From the human T2T-CHM13v2.0 reference genome, Homo sapiens: a DNA stretch of 64,000 bases. The DNA is taken from the NCBI RefSeq assembly GCF_009914755.1, contig NC_060940.1. The stretch is one strand, 5' to 3'. The stretch's first letter is position 1. Each line of letters begins with the position of its first letter. Below the pieces are notes generated by a model that did no database searches, had not been told where the DNA came from, and saw nothing but the letters and a program-made list of their open reading frames with translations. Made by a program: the position numbers and the translations under genes. Of the stretch, positions 23,935 to 36,932 are shown piece after piece.

Positions 23935-24479
23935 GGCAGCCACTACGTTTTGCCTGGGCTGGGTGAGGAGGGTTTGGGTTCAGCCTAAAGTCCTGGGTAT
24001 GGTTTCTGCATAGTATGGCTCCTTAGCTGGCCCCAGACAGTGACTTCCTGAGATGAGACAGTGTCCAACGGCGGAGATTAGTTAGGTCCTTGATGTTATC
24101 TTTGCTATTTCCATATCTTTAAAATTTTATACATTTGGGGGAGGGATTAACTTAAGAATCTATTTGCGTATACATAAGATATGTGACAGCTTTCGGCAAT
24201 AAGAATACTCATTGCTTTTATTTAGAAGAGCAGACAAATACATAACCAAGTAAATGTCCCATGATAATGGCCTGGACAGAGGAGTGAACTGTTGGGTGAC
24301 TGAGAAATCAGCTTTGTGCCAGGCACTTTTATAGCGTGTAACTAACACAAATGTGAACTATGCTTATACTCCTAGTGAATGATGGTGCCCAGGTTTTCAG
24401 TCCAGATAGTGCAGCCCTAGATCATTTGATCCTACTTTACTACCATGTAGGCCATGGTCTCCTTTCTCTACAGTACATA

Positions 24480-25243
24480 GACCACCACCATATAGACCAT
24501 AGCTCCTTCCTCCACACCACATAGATCATGGTCCCTTCCTCTAGAGCACACAGACCGTGGTCCCTTCCTCCACACCACAGAGACTGTGGCCCTTTCCTCC
24601 ACACCGCACAGACCATGGCCCCTTCCTCACACCACACAGACTGTGGTCCCTTCCTCCACACCACACAGACCGTGGCTCCTTCCCACACACCACAGAGACT
24701 GTGTCCCCTTCCCCGACACCACACAGACCATGGCCCCTCACCGTACACCACACAGACCATGGCTTCTTCCTCCACACCACACAGACCGTGGCCACTTCCT
24801 CCACAGCACACAGACCATGGCCCTTCCCCTACACCACACAGACCATGGCTCCTTCCTCCACACCACACAGACCATGGCTCCTTCCTCCACACCAAACAGA
24901 CCGTGGCCCCTTCCTCACACCACACAGACCGTGGCTCATTCCCCAACACCACACAGACTGTGGTCCCTTTCTCCACACCACACAGACCGTGGCCCCTTCC
25001 CTTACACCACACAGACCGTGGCCCCTTCCCTTACACCACACAGACCATGGTTCCTTCCCCTACACCACACAGACCATGTTTCCTTCCCCCATACCACACA
25101 GACCGTGGCCCCTCCCCCTACACCACACAGACCATGGATCCTTCCTATATACTACACAGACCATGGTCCCTTCCCCTACACCACACAGACTGTGGCCCCT
25201 CCCCATACACCACACAGACCGTGGCTCCTTCCTCTTTACCACA
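24480..25243. repeat. 29-bp VNTR-type minisatellite, ~26 copies
   Basis: Unit approx CACACAGACC(A/G)TGGCTCCTTCCTCCACAC; three track ORFs start exactly 29 nt apart (24528, 24557, 24586). Confidence 0.95.
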
Positions 25244-26109
25244 TTGCTGTCTCCTTGCAGAGTGAGCTTTATACACACCTTTTCCTTTTTTGTGCCTCCC
25301 CATGGCTCCCAGCATGGTGGACACTCAGGAAATATCCCCTAGGGTGCTCAGTGTTGGACAGCCTCTCCATTTCACTCACTGACCTACCGCAGGAAGACCA
25401 GGTGTGTGTCTTCAGTGCTATGCTTTGAGCTCTGTACAAAATCAGACAAGCCTTTAGGATCAGAGTGGAAGGGACCGTAAAAGGAGAAGTGTGAACGGCA
25501 AAGAAAATAAACACACATGTGTGCTGGGGCTGTGGGAGTGAGTGTGTATTTGCGTGAGGGTGGGGCCCAGGAGAGGGGGCTATTTAATTTAGGCAAAGGC
25601 TCAAGCTGATCCCTGCTGTTAGGGAGATGCCCAAATGGGGAACCAGGAAGGAGCCCAGGGATGCACCCTGCCTCAGATGTCTGCCCTTCATTCGTGAATC
25701 CATTCATTCATTGCTTCTTGAACCCAGGCCTCATTCATTCACAAGCATTTGCAGATTCTTATGGAGTGCCGGGGCTGTGTTAGCAGGGCGGTGCCCAGTT
25801 AATACCCAATGGCTAGAGCAGCTGACACTGACAGGCTTGCCACTAGCCAGGTGTCCTTTGAAGAATTTCGCTTAGATTAACTCCTCACTCCTCCCAATGG
25901 TCCTATTAGCTCCCTGCCTTGTTCGCCCCATTTCATAGGCAAGGACAGAGGCGCATGGCCTGAGCTCCACTGCAGGCATGCATGGTGTGGCCTGCAAATG
26001 CTTCCTGGACATGCCAGCTCAACTGGCTCCTTGCTAAGGAGAGGCGGCTCTCTGTGGGAGTGAATGCTTCCACGTGGAGGAAAAGACCTGGACTCGTTGA
26101 CCTGGGATG

Positions 26110-26460
26110 GCGATTCTTCCCAGGGTGCAGGTTAGAATCACCTGGGTAGCTTTAAAACGTGCTTGTCTGCTCCCCACCCCAGACACTGACTGCATTGGTC
26201 TGGCAGGGTCCTGGCCATCAGAGCTGTTGTTCTGTTTGTGCTTTTGTATTATCCCTGGGGATTCTAAAGAGCAGCCTGGGTGGAAAAGCTCTGCCCTAAC
26301 CTGTTGCCCTGGAAGTAAGGTCCCCACACCAGCAGCATAGGTGTCCCCTGGGAGCCTGTTGGAAATGCAGAGTCTCAGGCCCCACCCCAGACCTGCTGAG
26401 TCACAATCTGCACTTTGACAAGTGCTCTGGGGAACTCGGTGTGCCTGGCAGTTGGAGGAC
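26110..26460. mobile_element. MER5A/B fragments
   Basis: TTAGAATCACCTGGGTAGCTTT and TGTTGGAAATGCAGAGTCTCAGGCCCCACCCCAGACCTGCTGAGTCA. Confidence 0.7.
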
Positions 26461-27419
26461 CCCGGTCCAGGGTTTCTGGCTGTGTCATCTCGGGCGAGTC
26501 TTTTAATCAATGTGTGTGTGACGTCAGTTTCCTCATCTGTAAAATGGGATAATGAGGAAGCCACTGTGCAGTTCACGTAAAGTTCTTAGAGTTGTCCTGG
26601 CCAGAGCAGGTGTCCTGTAGTCGTCATCTATTATCCCTATTTTGTTTGTGACGCTGGCACACCCCTCCAAGCCTCTCCCAGTTGTCCACCCCAGGGAGGG
26701 GTTGTGGAGAAGAGCCAGCCATGGCCTTCCTGAAGCTCTGCCTGCTCCAGGGCCGGCCCCAGGCCCTGACCCCACTGGAGACAGATAGCCTGGTCCTAAT
26801 TACACTCTGCCGTGTGGAGATCTCAGCGAACTTCCTCACTTCTAATTTGGGAACAGAATTTGGACCTTTCCAAGTTTCAGTTCTGTCCGGAGCTGGCAGG
26901 ATCAGCTTCCTGGTTCAAAGGAAAAATAGCTCATTAGGCTTTTTGGGTTTCAGACGACTCCAACTGAAGAACGTTTTGATGAATTATGTGTAAATGAGTC
27001 AGAAACAGACAGATTGGATTTCCTTTCCATGTGGGTTTGAAAAGGAAGGAAAGCCATGGTTGGCCTGGCATGTTGGGGTGCTTTGCTCAATGGGTCCTGT
27101 CTGATCCCCTGAAACGGAAGGAGCTTGGTAAAGTGGAAAGAGCATAGACTTGGGGGCCACATGGTCCTGGATTCGAATTTCTCCCTTGTCTCTCACAGCT
27201 GGGTGGCCTCAGGCAGGCTGCGTGGCCTCTCAAAGGCTGTTTGCTCAGCTGCACATGCTGATTATAGCACCCATGTCCTGGGGTAGTTGGGGCAACGGAA
27301 TGAGCAATGGAATGAGATAACGTCTGTAAGGCCCAGTGCAGACTGACCCTGGTAGGTGATCGATAATCAGCAGTTAATTATGGTTAAGCAAGTTTGGGAA
27401 ACCTTTTTCCTCTTTATGA

Positions 27420-27899
27420 CTTCATTAGTTTCCTAGGCTGCCATGACAAATGACCACAAGCTTAGTGCCTTAAAACCACACAAACTTATTCTCTTACAGC
27501 TATGGAGGTAAAAAGTCTGACATACGCCTCACTGGCCTAAAATCAAGGTGTCTGGAGGGCTGGTTCCTTCTGGAGGCTCCAGGGGAGAATCTGTTCCTTG
27601 CCTTCTCCGGCTTCCAAAGGCCACCCGCATTCCTCAGCTATTGGCCCCTCCTCCATCTTCAGAGCCGATCGCACGGTGTCTCTGAACAGCTCCCATTGCC
27701 ACAGCTCCCTCTGCCCCCAGTGAGCACCCTGAGATTACCCTGGACACACCCGGATCATCTGTGATAACTCTCCCCTCTCAAAGTCCCTAACTGAATCCCA
27801 TCTGCAAAGTCCCTTTGGCCACATCAGGCAACATATTCATGGGTTCTGTGGATCAGGACATGGATGTCTGGCAGAAGGGGCATCATTCAGCCAACTGCA
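27420..27899 (-). mobile_element. MLT1 (C/D-like) MaLR solo LTR
   Basis: ATTAGTTTCCTAGGCTGCCATGACAAATGACCACAA...TTCCTTCTGGAGGCTCCAGGGGAGAATC...ATCTGCAAAGTCCCTTT. Confidence 0.8.
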
Positions 27900-30176
27900 A
27901 GGAGGTTGCTGAATGGACAGGAGCCTTAAAGGCCCCACGTCACCTTCCATATGTCTCAACTTCTCAATAAGAAAGACCAGTGGGTATCCCAGATGCGGCT
28001 CTGAGTGCCGGAAGTGCAGTGGCACTCACAGCATCCCTGGTGGGGCCACATCCCCATTTTGCAACTGGGGAACTTGAGGCTCAGGGAAAGTAGAGAACTC
28101 ACTGCAGACCAGCACCCCATGATCAGCAAGAGGTGGTGCTGGGATTTGAATCCAGGCAGTCCTGCTCCCACCAGCATGTGCTTGCTTAGCTGCTGTGCTC
28201 AGCTTCCTCCCACAGAGAGGGAAGGAGGCTAAGCAGAGGGGACTAGCGAGCTGGCTGGCAGCCACGCTGAGAGTTGGCACAGATAGCCTCCCTGTCATGG
28301 TCACCCTGATCCCACTCACAGGAAGCTGAGCAGGGCCACCCCAGATACCATCACGGCTTTTGTCCTATTGTGGACAGGGATTCGAGGCCTTTGCTCCCCA
28401 CCTTGGATATCAACAGTGATTTTGAGTTGACCTGCAGTGTATATGAGCTACGCCTGACTTTGGGATGCCTGGAAAAGGATGCTGACCTCGGACGGAGGTC
28501 AGCAGAGGACATTTCTGGGAGGAGAGACCCTGAAGCCAAGGTCAGATATCTGAACCCTGCTCAATGCCATCCCCATCAACGAGCAGGGCTGGCTGGGCTC
28601 TGACGCCCATCATTTGGAGAGAACACTTGTGTTCTGTGCCTGCAGGGGTGGCCATGCCTGCTCATGGACCTCTCTGCAACCACACCCTGTCCTGGGGTGG
28701 CACAGAAGCACCTTGGGTAAGAATGAGGGGCTCCAAAACCAGGATGCCCAGGTCTGAGTCCAGCGCCATCAGCACCGGCTGTGTGACCTTGGGCAAGTAA
28801 CTTGCCCTCTTGGAGCCTCTGCCTTCTCAGCAATCCACAGGAGCTGATGACGGTGCCCCTCGTGGAGTTGTCATGAGGCTAGAGTAAGAAAATGCACGGA
28901 CAGCACTTCACACATGTCTGCACTCAAGAGACCCCCACCATGAGGGTCATGCTGTGGCCTTTCCAGGCACCGGGCCCCTCCTTCGGGACCATCCCATGCC
29001 GAGCACCAGCCCAGCCCAGCAGCCCACAGGATGCTCAGACCCCAGGCACCGGCTCTGCTAGGCACATGTAGTGGCTGTGCTGCAGGACGGCCGCTCTCAG
29101 AGGCTCTGGCTGGAAAACAGGGTGCAGGCCAAGGGTGAGGACTCTGCCCTGGGGGGGCGTGTGCTGGGTTCCGACCCTACAGCCTGTGGGGGCAGGGAGG
29201 AGCCTCGGAGCAGGGTTAGCAGGAGGGCTGAGCCTCGGCTTGCAGGATCTAAGGACACCCAGGGCTCCTCCTGGCTACAGCAGAGGGACTGGCCACCACC
29301 GGCCTATCCCATCTGAGGGGTCTCCCGCTGCCCGTTCTTCCCTTCCTGAAGTGTGCCGAGAGCTGGATGTGCACTCATTTTCATCTGGGGATCGGAAGTC
29401 AGCCTGCAGCTTGAGCTAAGGCTTCCCCTGCAAAGACACATTCGCCATCTGATTTCTGCCAACCCCATAATCCTCATCAAAAATGAACGTCATTTGACTG
29501 AGACCCCCCCGTGTCGCCTGGACTCAGCGGCCCCATGTGTGTGGCTTGGGTCTGCCTGCCTCGCTGTAACCTGGGAGTGAGGCCAGCTCCGCAGACAAGT
29601 GGCCTACACAGGCACTCAGGGGCTCGCACTCAGAAAGGCCTGTGCTGGGTTTAATGCCCTGCGGACACCATCCTAAGATGGGTAACTGTTGAGCAAAGCG
29701 CCTTGCATTTTCAGCTAGCCCTGGACCCCCAGATTATGTCATGGGTCCTGCCTGGGAGAGCTCTTCCTCCCACAGGCCCGGGCTGCTGACACTGATACCT
29801 GAAGCTGACAGTGGCTTTCCGGATGTTGCAAATTACAGATTGCTGCTTGTAGCCACTCAGGTTATATAACATGAGGTAATCAATCAAAAGGAGCAAATAC
29901 TGGGCAGAGAATCAAAGCCGGCCACAGTGGGAAACCAAGCAGGTTGCCCAAATGTCTCATTCCCTCTCAGGGAATGAGAGTCAAGAGATGGGGCTGGCCT
30001 CTGCCAGAGCCCAGGTGTTTCATCTTGGGCTGTAATCATAATCGTCATCATCACTATTTTCCTGGGACTGACTGTGCCAGTGCTGTCTTCCGGGCCCCCC
30101 GGTGCCTCTCTTTGCCCCCCAGACCTATACCCTAGGCTCTCCTTCCCTGTCAGGCTCTGGACCACCTGGAACCATC

Positions 30177-30612
30177 TGTGGGGGCGTTGAAAGGTACTCC
30201 TGCAAAAGACACATCCATGTCTCAGCCTGGGACCTGTGAATACGACTTTATTTGGGGAAAAGGGCCTGCATAGATGTAATTAAAGATCTTGCGATGCGAT
30301 CATCCTGGATTAGCATGGGCCCTAAGTCCAATGACAAGTGCCCTCAAGAGAGTCAGAAGAGGAGAAAACATGGACACAGAGAGACACAGAGAAGGCAGCC
30401 ATGTGGAGACAGAGGCAGAGGTTGGAGGGATGAAGGCACAAGCCAGGGAACACCTGGAACCTTGGGAAGCTGGAAGAGGCAGGAAGGGTTCTCCCCTGGT
30501 GCCTTCACAGGGAGCACAGCCCTGCCCACACCTTGATTTCAGACCCCCGCCTCCAGGCCTGTGGCAGAATACATTTCTGTTTCATAAGATACCTGGCCTA
30601 TGGTAATTGTCG
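30177..30612 (+). mobile_element. MLT1C-like MaLR solo LTR
   Basis: GACCTGTGAATACGACTTTATTTGG...CCATGTGGAGACAGAGGCAGAG...GAAGCTGGAAGAGGCAGGAAGG...ACACCTTGATTTCAGAC. Confidence 0.8.
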
Positions 30613-30979
30613 CCTCTCTGCTGGGTGGCCTCTTCAGCCCCACCCCACCCCACCTACCCGTGGGGCTTCCTTCCCTGCACAGCTACCCCTCCTGCCATTC
30701 CCTCAACCTGGGCCACACCTTTGGGAAGATTGCCTTCTCATGCCAGCTTCAATTTAAAGCCCAGTTTAAACGGCCATTTTCTTCCAGTTGAGCAGGCCCC
30801 TGACTGACACGAAGTAGCTAATAATGGCCATTACTGATCTCCCACTGTCCCCTGACAGGTGATGTGAAGCGGGGCGGTGGGGAGGCCCAAGCTTGCTGTC
30901 TCATTGGAGTCTACCTTGGAAATTCCCCAATGGAACGTGGGCTCCAGGATGGCAGGGGTTTTGATGTATTTATCTGTTA

Positions 30980-31285
30980 ATTGAAATTTGTATTGAGGTC
31001 ATTGTAGATTCCCAGGTGGTTCTAAGACATAATACAGAGAGATACAATGCAGACTTCATTTAGTTTCCTCCAACTGCAACATTTTGCAGAACTACAGAAT
31101 GTTACAACCAGGATAATGACACTGACTCAATCCACCCGTTTTACTCGGTTTCTTATTTTTAACCTGCAGGGGTGTGTGTGTGTGCGTGCGTGTGTGTGTG
31201 TGTTTCTATGCAATTTATTACATGTGTAGGTTCCTGTATCATCCCCACTATCATGATACGGAACATTTCCATCACCACAAGGATT
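30980..31285 (-). mobile_element. L1MC-type 3' fragment
   Basis: TTGTAGATTCCCAGGTGGTTCTAAGACATAATACAGAGAGAT...GAACATTTCCATCACCACAAGGAT. Confidence 0.65.
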
Positions 31286-31998
31286 TTTAAAAATCTGATT
31301 TCTTTAGGAATTTAAAAATTCTATTTCCTCACCCCTTTATTCCCAGTGCCCAAAACTATGCCTGGTACCCAGCAGAGGCTGAAAGCATATTCACTGGGTG
31401 AACGCTGGGCGAGTCTCATCCTTTCCGCAGGTGAGGAAGCCAGGGATCTGGGGCCTCCCACCCTGTGCTGCCCAGGGGACGCGCAGGTATGGATTCCTTC
31501 CCGGATCTGCCTGACTTCAGTCCGGGCTCTCTCTGCTCTTTTCATGGGTTGGAATTTTTGGAATCTAAATGGAGGAGGGTTGTTCATCCCTGTGAAATTT
31601 CCTCCTGTGCCTCCCATTTATCAGCCACAGCCTGAGCATCCTTTCTGTTCAGACTCTGCAGTCCAGCACGTCTGTTCCTCGCAGCTGTGCTCAGCGAGCG
31701 TCCTCTGGGCTCCTCCAAAGTCCAAACGGCTGATAAAAGCACTGAGCAGGACGCGAAGGAGCCTGGAGCCTGGACGGCCTGATAACTGGCTTCACTTTGA
31801 TGTTCTCCAAGTTCAGAGCGGGCCAGGCCTCCTCTGCTGGCGTTACACGCTTGTTTATTTTTGTCACTGTGTAGGTTTTTGTGATTTCTCCCTCCCAAGG
31901 GGGACAGCTATCATGATTGCTGTCATTACCCTATTGGAAATGTTGCTAAATGTGCTCTCCTGCTCCATCCGACCCCTCCTTCCGAAGGGCCCGAGGAA

Positions 31999-32007
31999 GA
32001 CCACCCA
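31999..32007 (+). promoter_or_regulatory. Perfect GLI consensus site
   Basis: GACCACCCA in a repeat-poor, CpG-containing stretch. Confidence 0.5.
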
Positions 32008-32939
32008 CGACGGGCAGAGCTTTCCTCCATTTAATTTTAGTCTCAGGATGTAAGTTTGCAATTTCATCACAATAAAAAAAAAAAAATGAGGCTGGCCTTT
32101 TCTACCCCAGGCCTGTGTGCCCTCCCTCCCTGATGAGGCAGATTAAAGAGTTGCCCAAATGTCTCCAAGAACTGCACGACTTCCTAGGGGAGGACTATGG
32201 AACAGTTTCGCAAGAAGATGCGCAGGACTGTCCTTCTAAGTTACGTTCCAAATGGGTTAGATCAGAAGAGACGCAACTAAGCCATGTTCTTTTCATAAAT
32301 ACCAGTAAATTCCTCGGCGGGCACCAGAAGAACCACATGATTTCTTCAGAGACTAGAACACAGATGTAGACCGATGCGGTGTTCTAGGGGGCACACCTGC
32401 AAAGACCCCAAATTCTTCTAAGACACCATTTCATTGTCCCTTCATATGTGACCTCTATGTATGGAATGTTTAAGTGTTGTATTTTTTCTTTCTTTTCTTT
32501 CTTACTCTTTTTTCTCTAAATTTTGTAGTCCAAGTCTAAGATACACACACACTCACACACACACACACACATGCTCACACACTCAGGCACAGGCTGTCAG
32601 TACTTTCCCTTCCCCAGCTTCCAGAGTTTTCCCCTTCTTGGTCTTTTGGGAAATGTTGCAACAGGGTTTGACCATAATGAGATTCAAGTGCACAATGTGG
32701 CCCCAGGATCTCTTCTGGTTTCCATGACCTAACTTCAGTTTTGTCTTCCTTCTTCATGCTCTCTCTCCTTTTTAGCTTGCTTTCTTTCATTCTTCAGAGT
32801 GGTGGTACATTTCTTCCTAGAGAAGATAATTTTCCACTCTACCTTCAGTTAGAACATTGGGAGAGAGGAATAAACCTGCTTGTCTAGCCCTTAAACCCAC
32901 AATTTGTAAGAAAATGGTCTAGTTGAAGGAACAGCAGTT

Positions 32940-33740
32940 GAAATGAATTCAGACATATAAAAAGATGCTCTGTCCCATTTATGGAAGAAAACATGAATCC
33001 CAACCACAATGAGACAGTTTCCTCAATACCTCAGAGCTGAGTGCGCACTTTGCCCACTGCATCACCCGAGGGGGCCCAGCTGCCTGTGCTGGTATTGGAC
33101 TAGCCGACGTCAATATGTGTGCTGCAGTGGGCGGTGGGATTGGTGCTCTCACACATTGCTAGCTGGAGTGGGATCCAGCACAACCCCTTTGGAAAGACAT
33201 TTGGCGATACTATCAAAATGAAAAATGCATTTACTCTTGGACTCAGCCACTCCACTTCTGGGAATTCATCTCACATTACAGCATGCACGCACGCTTAGAA
33301 GCAGGCATCAGCTTATTTATTCATTGCAGCATTGTTTTTGGTAGCAAAAGTTTGCAGATAAACTAGATGCTTGTGCACAGGAGATGAGTCAAATAAATGA
33401 TGGTATAACCATCCAATGCAAAATGGTGCAGCCATTAGAAGTCAAGAAGCAGACGCAAAATCTGCACCTGGAACCATCAGAGTGACACGTGGCAAAGTGG
33501 AGACCTTTGTGTTGTGGAAGGGCATGTGTACCGTCGACTCACCGTAGATGAGTTGAGTGAAGCTGGGGAAGTGATTTAACTGTTCTCTCTGGGCCTCACT
33601 TTACTCCTTTGTAAAATGGGGTAGTAACAGCATCCACGCCATAGGGCTGTTGAAGAGATTTCATAAATCAATGTATGTTAAACAGGACAGTGCTTGGCAT
33701 GTAGCAAGTGCGGCATAATTATTAGTTATCATTATCATCA
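32940..33740. mobile_element. Old L1ME-like ORF2/3' fragment (+) followed by a MIR
   Basis: ACCACAATGAGACA, CCACTTCTGGGAATT and TTCATTGCAGCATTGTTT L1 motifs; MIR core CTCTGGGCCTCACTTTACTCCTTTGTAAAATGGGG near 33590. Confidence 0.6.
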
Positions 33741-34315
33741 CTGAAAATAAATCATCTATGTGTTAAAACAGGCATAGAATATCCCTGGAATGATACCCCA
33801 GAGCCACAGGTACTAGGGATTGCCATTGCCATTGTTAGGGAACCCGAAAGACTGACAGACAGGATGAGGTGGAGGAAGACTTACTTACATTTAACTTGTG
33901 TCTTTGGAGTTTCTACCTAGTGTCTGTATTCAGAATTTTTGAACATGTTAATGAAAATTAGCAACATGAAGAATTGTACAGTGAGCATCGATGTACTTAT
34001 CATCTAGTTTCTGTAATTGCCATGTTGGTCTGTTTAGTTTAACACACGTCTATCCCTCCATCCATCCAGACGTCCGTCAATACACTTTGATGCCTTTCAA
34101 AGTAAGCTGTAGATCTCAGAGCCCATCCTCCCAAACACTTCTGTATGTGGATCATTAGCCAGACTTTCGTATTTGTTTATGGGCTTTCCTTGTTAGGTAA
34201 AATGTATATAGAGTCAAATGCAGACATGTAGTATACTGTTTGATGGTTTTGACAATGAATTGTCTATTCAAAATTTAATTATCAACAAATGACATGTGAC
34301 ATGTGGATACCTTTA

Positions 34316-34350
<35 letters not shown>

Positions 34351-35734
34351 GAAACTGAGACAAACCAAAATAGTATTTTGAACTCACTGAGAATGAAAAA
34401 AAACATCATGAGCCAATGTGATAACTTATCAGGTGGAGAAGGATTTACAAGTGATCAAGATTTTTGCAGACAGGTCGCAGTCATGCGCTGTTTCTGTTCC
34501 CGGAGGGCAGTCTCCTTCTGGAACCTTCGCAGCTAGCTTCTCAGGCAGGAGGCATGGCGGCTGAAGTCGGGGCTGCTGGTCTCCCCCTGCAGGGATTTGA
34601 ATCCCAGTCCCTCCTCTCACGAGCTGCGTCAGCTTGGAGAAGTTACTTAGCTTTTCCGAGCCTTCGCTTCTTCATCTGGGAGGGTTGCTGCTTCCTGCTT
34701 CTCGGCTTTGTGGGGAGGATTCTGTGAGCTAAAATACATGGCACGTTTAGAACACCTGGCACCTGGCGGTCCTTAAATGCTGTCTTTTGCTATTAATCAC
34801 ATACCTCCCTATCTCTGCTTTTAAAAAAATTGAATAGAAGAAGCCAAACGTGCAAGGTTAAGAGCTTTTCATCCTCAAGGAAAAAACTTCATCTCTCCCT
34901 GCAGCTTCTCTGTCCTCCCCACCCTGCAAAAAGCCGGGGAAATGAATCAGCCTCCAGCCTCTTGCTTTTTCTAATTCTTTGATTACTGCATGATTGCAGC
35001 ATCCACTCAGTCTGGGGCTAAAAAATCGAAAGAAAACAAAAATTCTTGAGCCATTTCCAGATACCGAATCTGACTCAGTGTTGGCAAAACCTACAAAATG
35101 AGTGACCAAGAAGGATAAACAAGTTTAGGTAAACACTCTATAGACTGATTCATGATTTAAGTACATCAGTTAGCATTTAGCTTCATTTACCATCGTGTTT
35201 TAATGTCATTAAGAATGTAACTTCTTAGAAAAACTAAGAGAGTCTGTTTTTAGCCCAGACATGCAATTAAGGGAATTAGTAACGTGATACATCATCCTCA
35301 GGAACTCTGATATAGTAAGAAATCTCGTGCAACCCTTTATAAAGACGTTCTTACAACCGACGCCAGAGTTCACGGAGTTTCAATGTGAGGGCAGCAGGGA
35401 GCAGGAAAAAAAAAGGAAAAAGAAAAAGAATGAAATTACTGTCTTGCTCTGAACAGCAGTAAGAAAGGGTCTGGAATCGTGTGCAGATATTAAATAGCAT
35501 AAAATAGGGGTCCATTCTGGAGAATTAAGTCATTTTCTGTCTGGAACACAACTGTGTTCAAGCCTCCCTGGCTCCATCTTTGCAGAGGTTCATGTGTGTG
35601 AGACTGGGCTGGAGTTGGGAAAGCAGAGAAAGGATTTTTTTTTCTTTCCTTTTAGGGATTTTGACAGAGAATTCGTTTTCTGACAAGCTTTGGGAGTTTA
35701 GTTACAATTTCTGGGAGCTTGGGATCATCGAGGT

Positions 35735-35910
35735 CAGGGCTTCTGCACCTGGGCACTGCTGATGGAGAATCTGGGCTGTCCTGTGCGCTGCAGGATGTTG
35801 GGCAGCATCCCTGGCCTCCACTCACCAGGTGCCAGTAGCACCCCCCTCATGGTGATGACACCACTGAATGTCCCTGGGGGCAAAATCACCCTTTAGTGAG
35901 AACCACAGCT
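35735..35910. mobile_element. MER20 hAT-Charlie element
   Basis: GGGCTGTCCTGTGCGCTGCAGGATGTTGGGCAGCATCCCTGGCCTCCACTCACCAGGTGCCAGTAGCACC...TGAGAACCAC. Confidence 0.8.
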
Positions 35911-36512
35911 CTTGATGAATCTGTGTGTTTCGCAGATGAGGAAACTGAGTTTCAGAGAGGGTAAGCTCGAGTGAGACCCAGGAGCAAAGTACAGGGGAGG
36001 AGGTGGCACGGAGCAGTGGCAAATCAGGGTGTCAGGACCAAAGCCCAGACCCTCCACTCCATTCCTGGGCAATCAGGTTGCAATTCTCAGTCTCCCTAAG
36101 GAGCCTGTCCTTTTGGACCCAACCAGGAGAGTCACAGGCCCTGCCCTGGGGGAAGGAAAAGGATGCAATGACTTTCTGCATGTGGGACACCTTCAGGACA
36201 CCCTGCACACTGCACATTGTGGGCACACAACAAATGTGACCCATTTCTCTGAACAGAAAGCCATGGGGCGGGGATGTTGAAGGCACTGATTTCAGAGTCC
36301 AACGTCTGTGTTCAAGGCCTTTCTCGGGTCTAGCCCGGAAAGATTAACAGGAGTGTTCTACAACTCAGTTCCTCATCTCCAAAATGGGGGTGTCTGTCAC
36401 AGCAGTACCCCTCTCACGGTTCTCCTTCGGGAGACTCAAACAAAATAATGCACTTAAAACTCTCAGCTCAGTGCTCTACACATGGTCAGGGTCAAATGTA
36501 TTTAGCTCTTAT

Positions 36513-36932
36513 GACTGTTATTGTTGCTGTTACCATTGGTGTTGCTGTTGTTGGTGATGGTGATGGTGTTGGTGTGTTAGTGTTGTTGGTACTGTTGGTG
36601 TGTTGGTAGTGATGGTGATGGTGTTGGTGTTGCTGTTGTTTTTGGTAGTGACGGTGTTGCTGTTGGTGATGATAGTGTTGTTGTGCTGGTGTTGGTGCTG
36701 GTGATGTTATTGGTAGTGATGGTGTTGTTGGTGTTGAGGGTGATGGTGTTATTGGTGTTGGTGATGGTGTTGTATTGGTGTTGATGATGGCAATGTTGGT
36801 GATGATGATGTTGATATTAATGATGTTGATATTATTGTAGTTAGTAGTGATAAAGTTGTTGGTGTTGGTGGTGATGGTGTTGTTATTGGTGTTGTTGATG
36901 ATGATGATGTTGGTGGTGGTGGTAATGGTGGT
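36513..36932. repeat. Degenerate trinucleotide tract (TGG/TGT/TGA/TAG)n
   Basis: ~420 nt, nearly C-free on the + strand. Confidence 0.9.

Noticed and set aside
24480-25243. CRISPR-like array (29-bp repeat)
   Set aside because: Units are head-to-tail with no unique spacers, in primate DNA with no cas genes.
24440-25428. Long ORFs of 190-280 aa on both strands
   Set aside because: Produced by the stop-free 29-bp VNTR; all three + frames are open with permuted repeats, so there is no evidence of coding.
31346-32053. 235-aa ORF
   Set aside because: Non-ATG start in the track, no recognisable domain, composition typical of GC-rich non-coding DNA.
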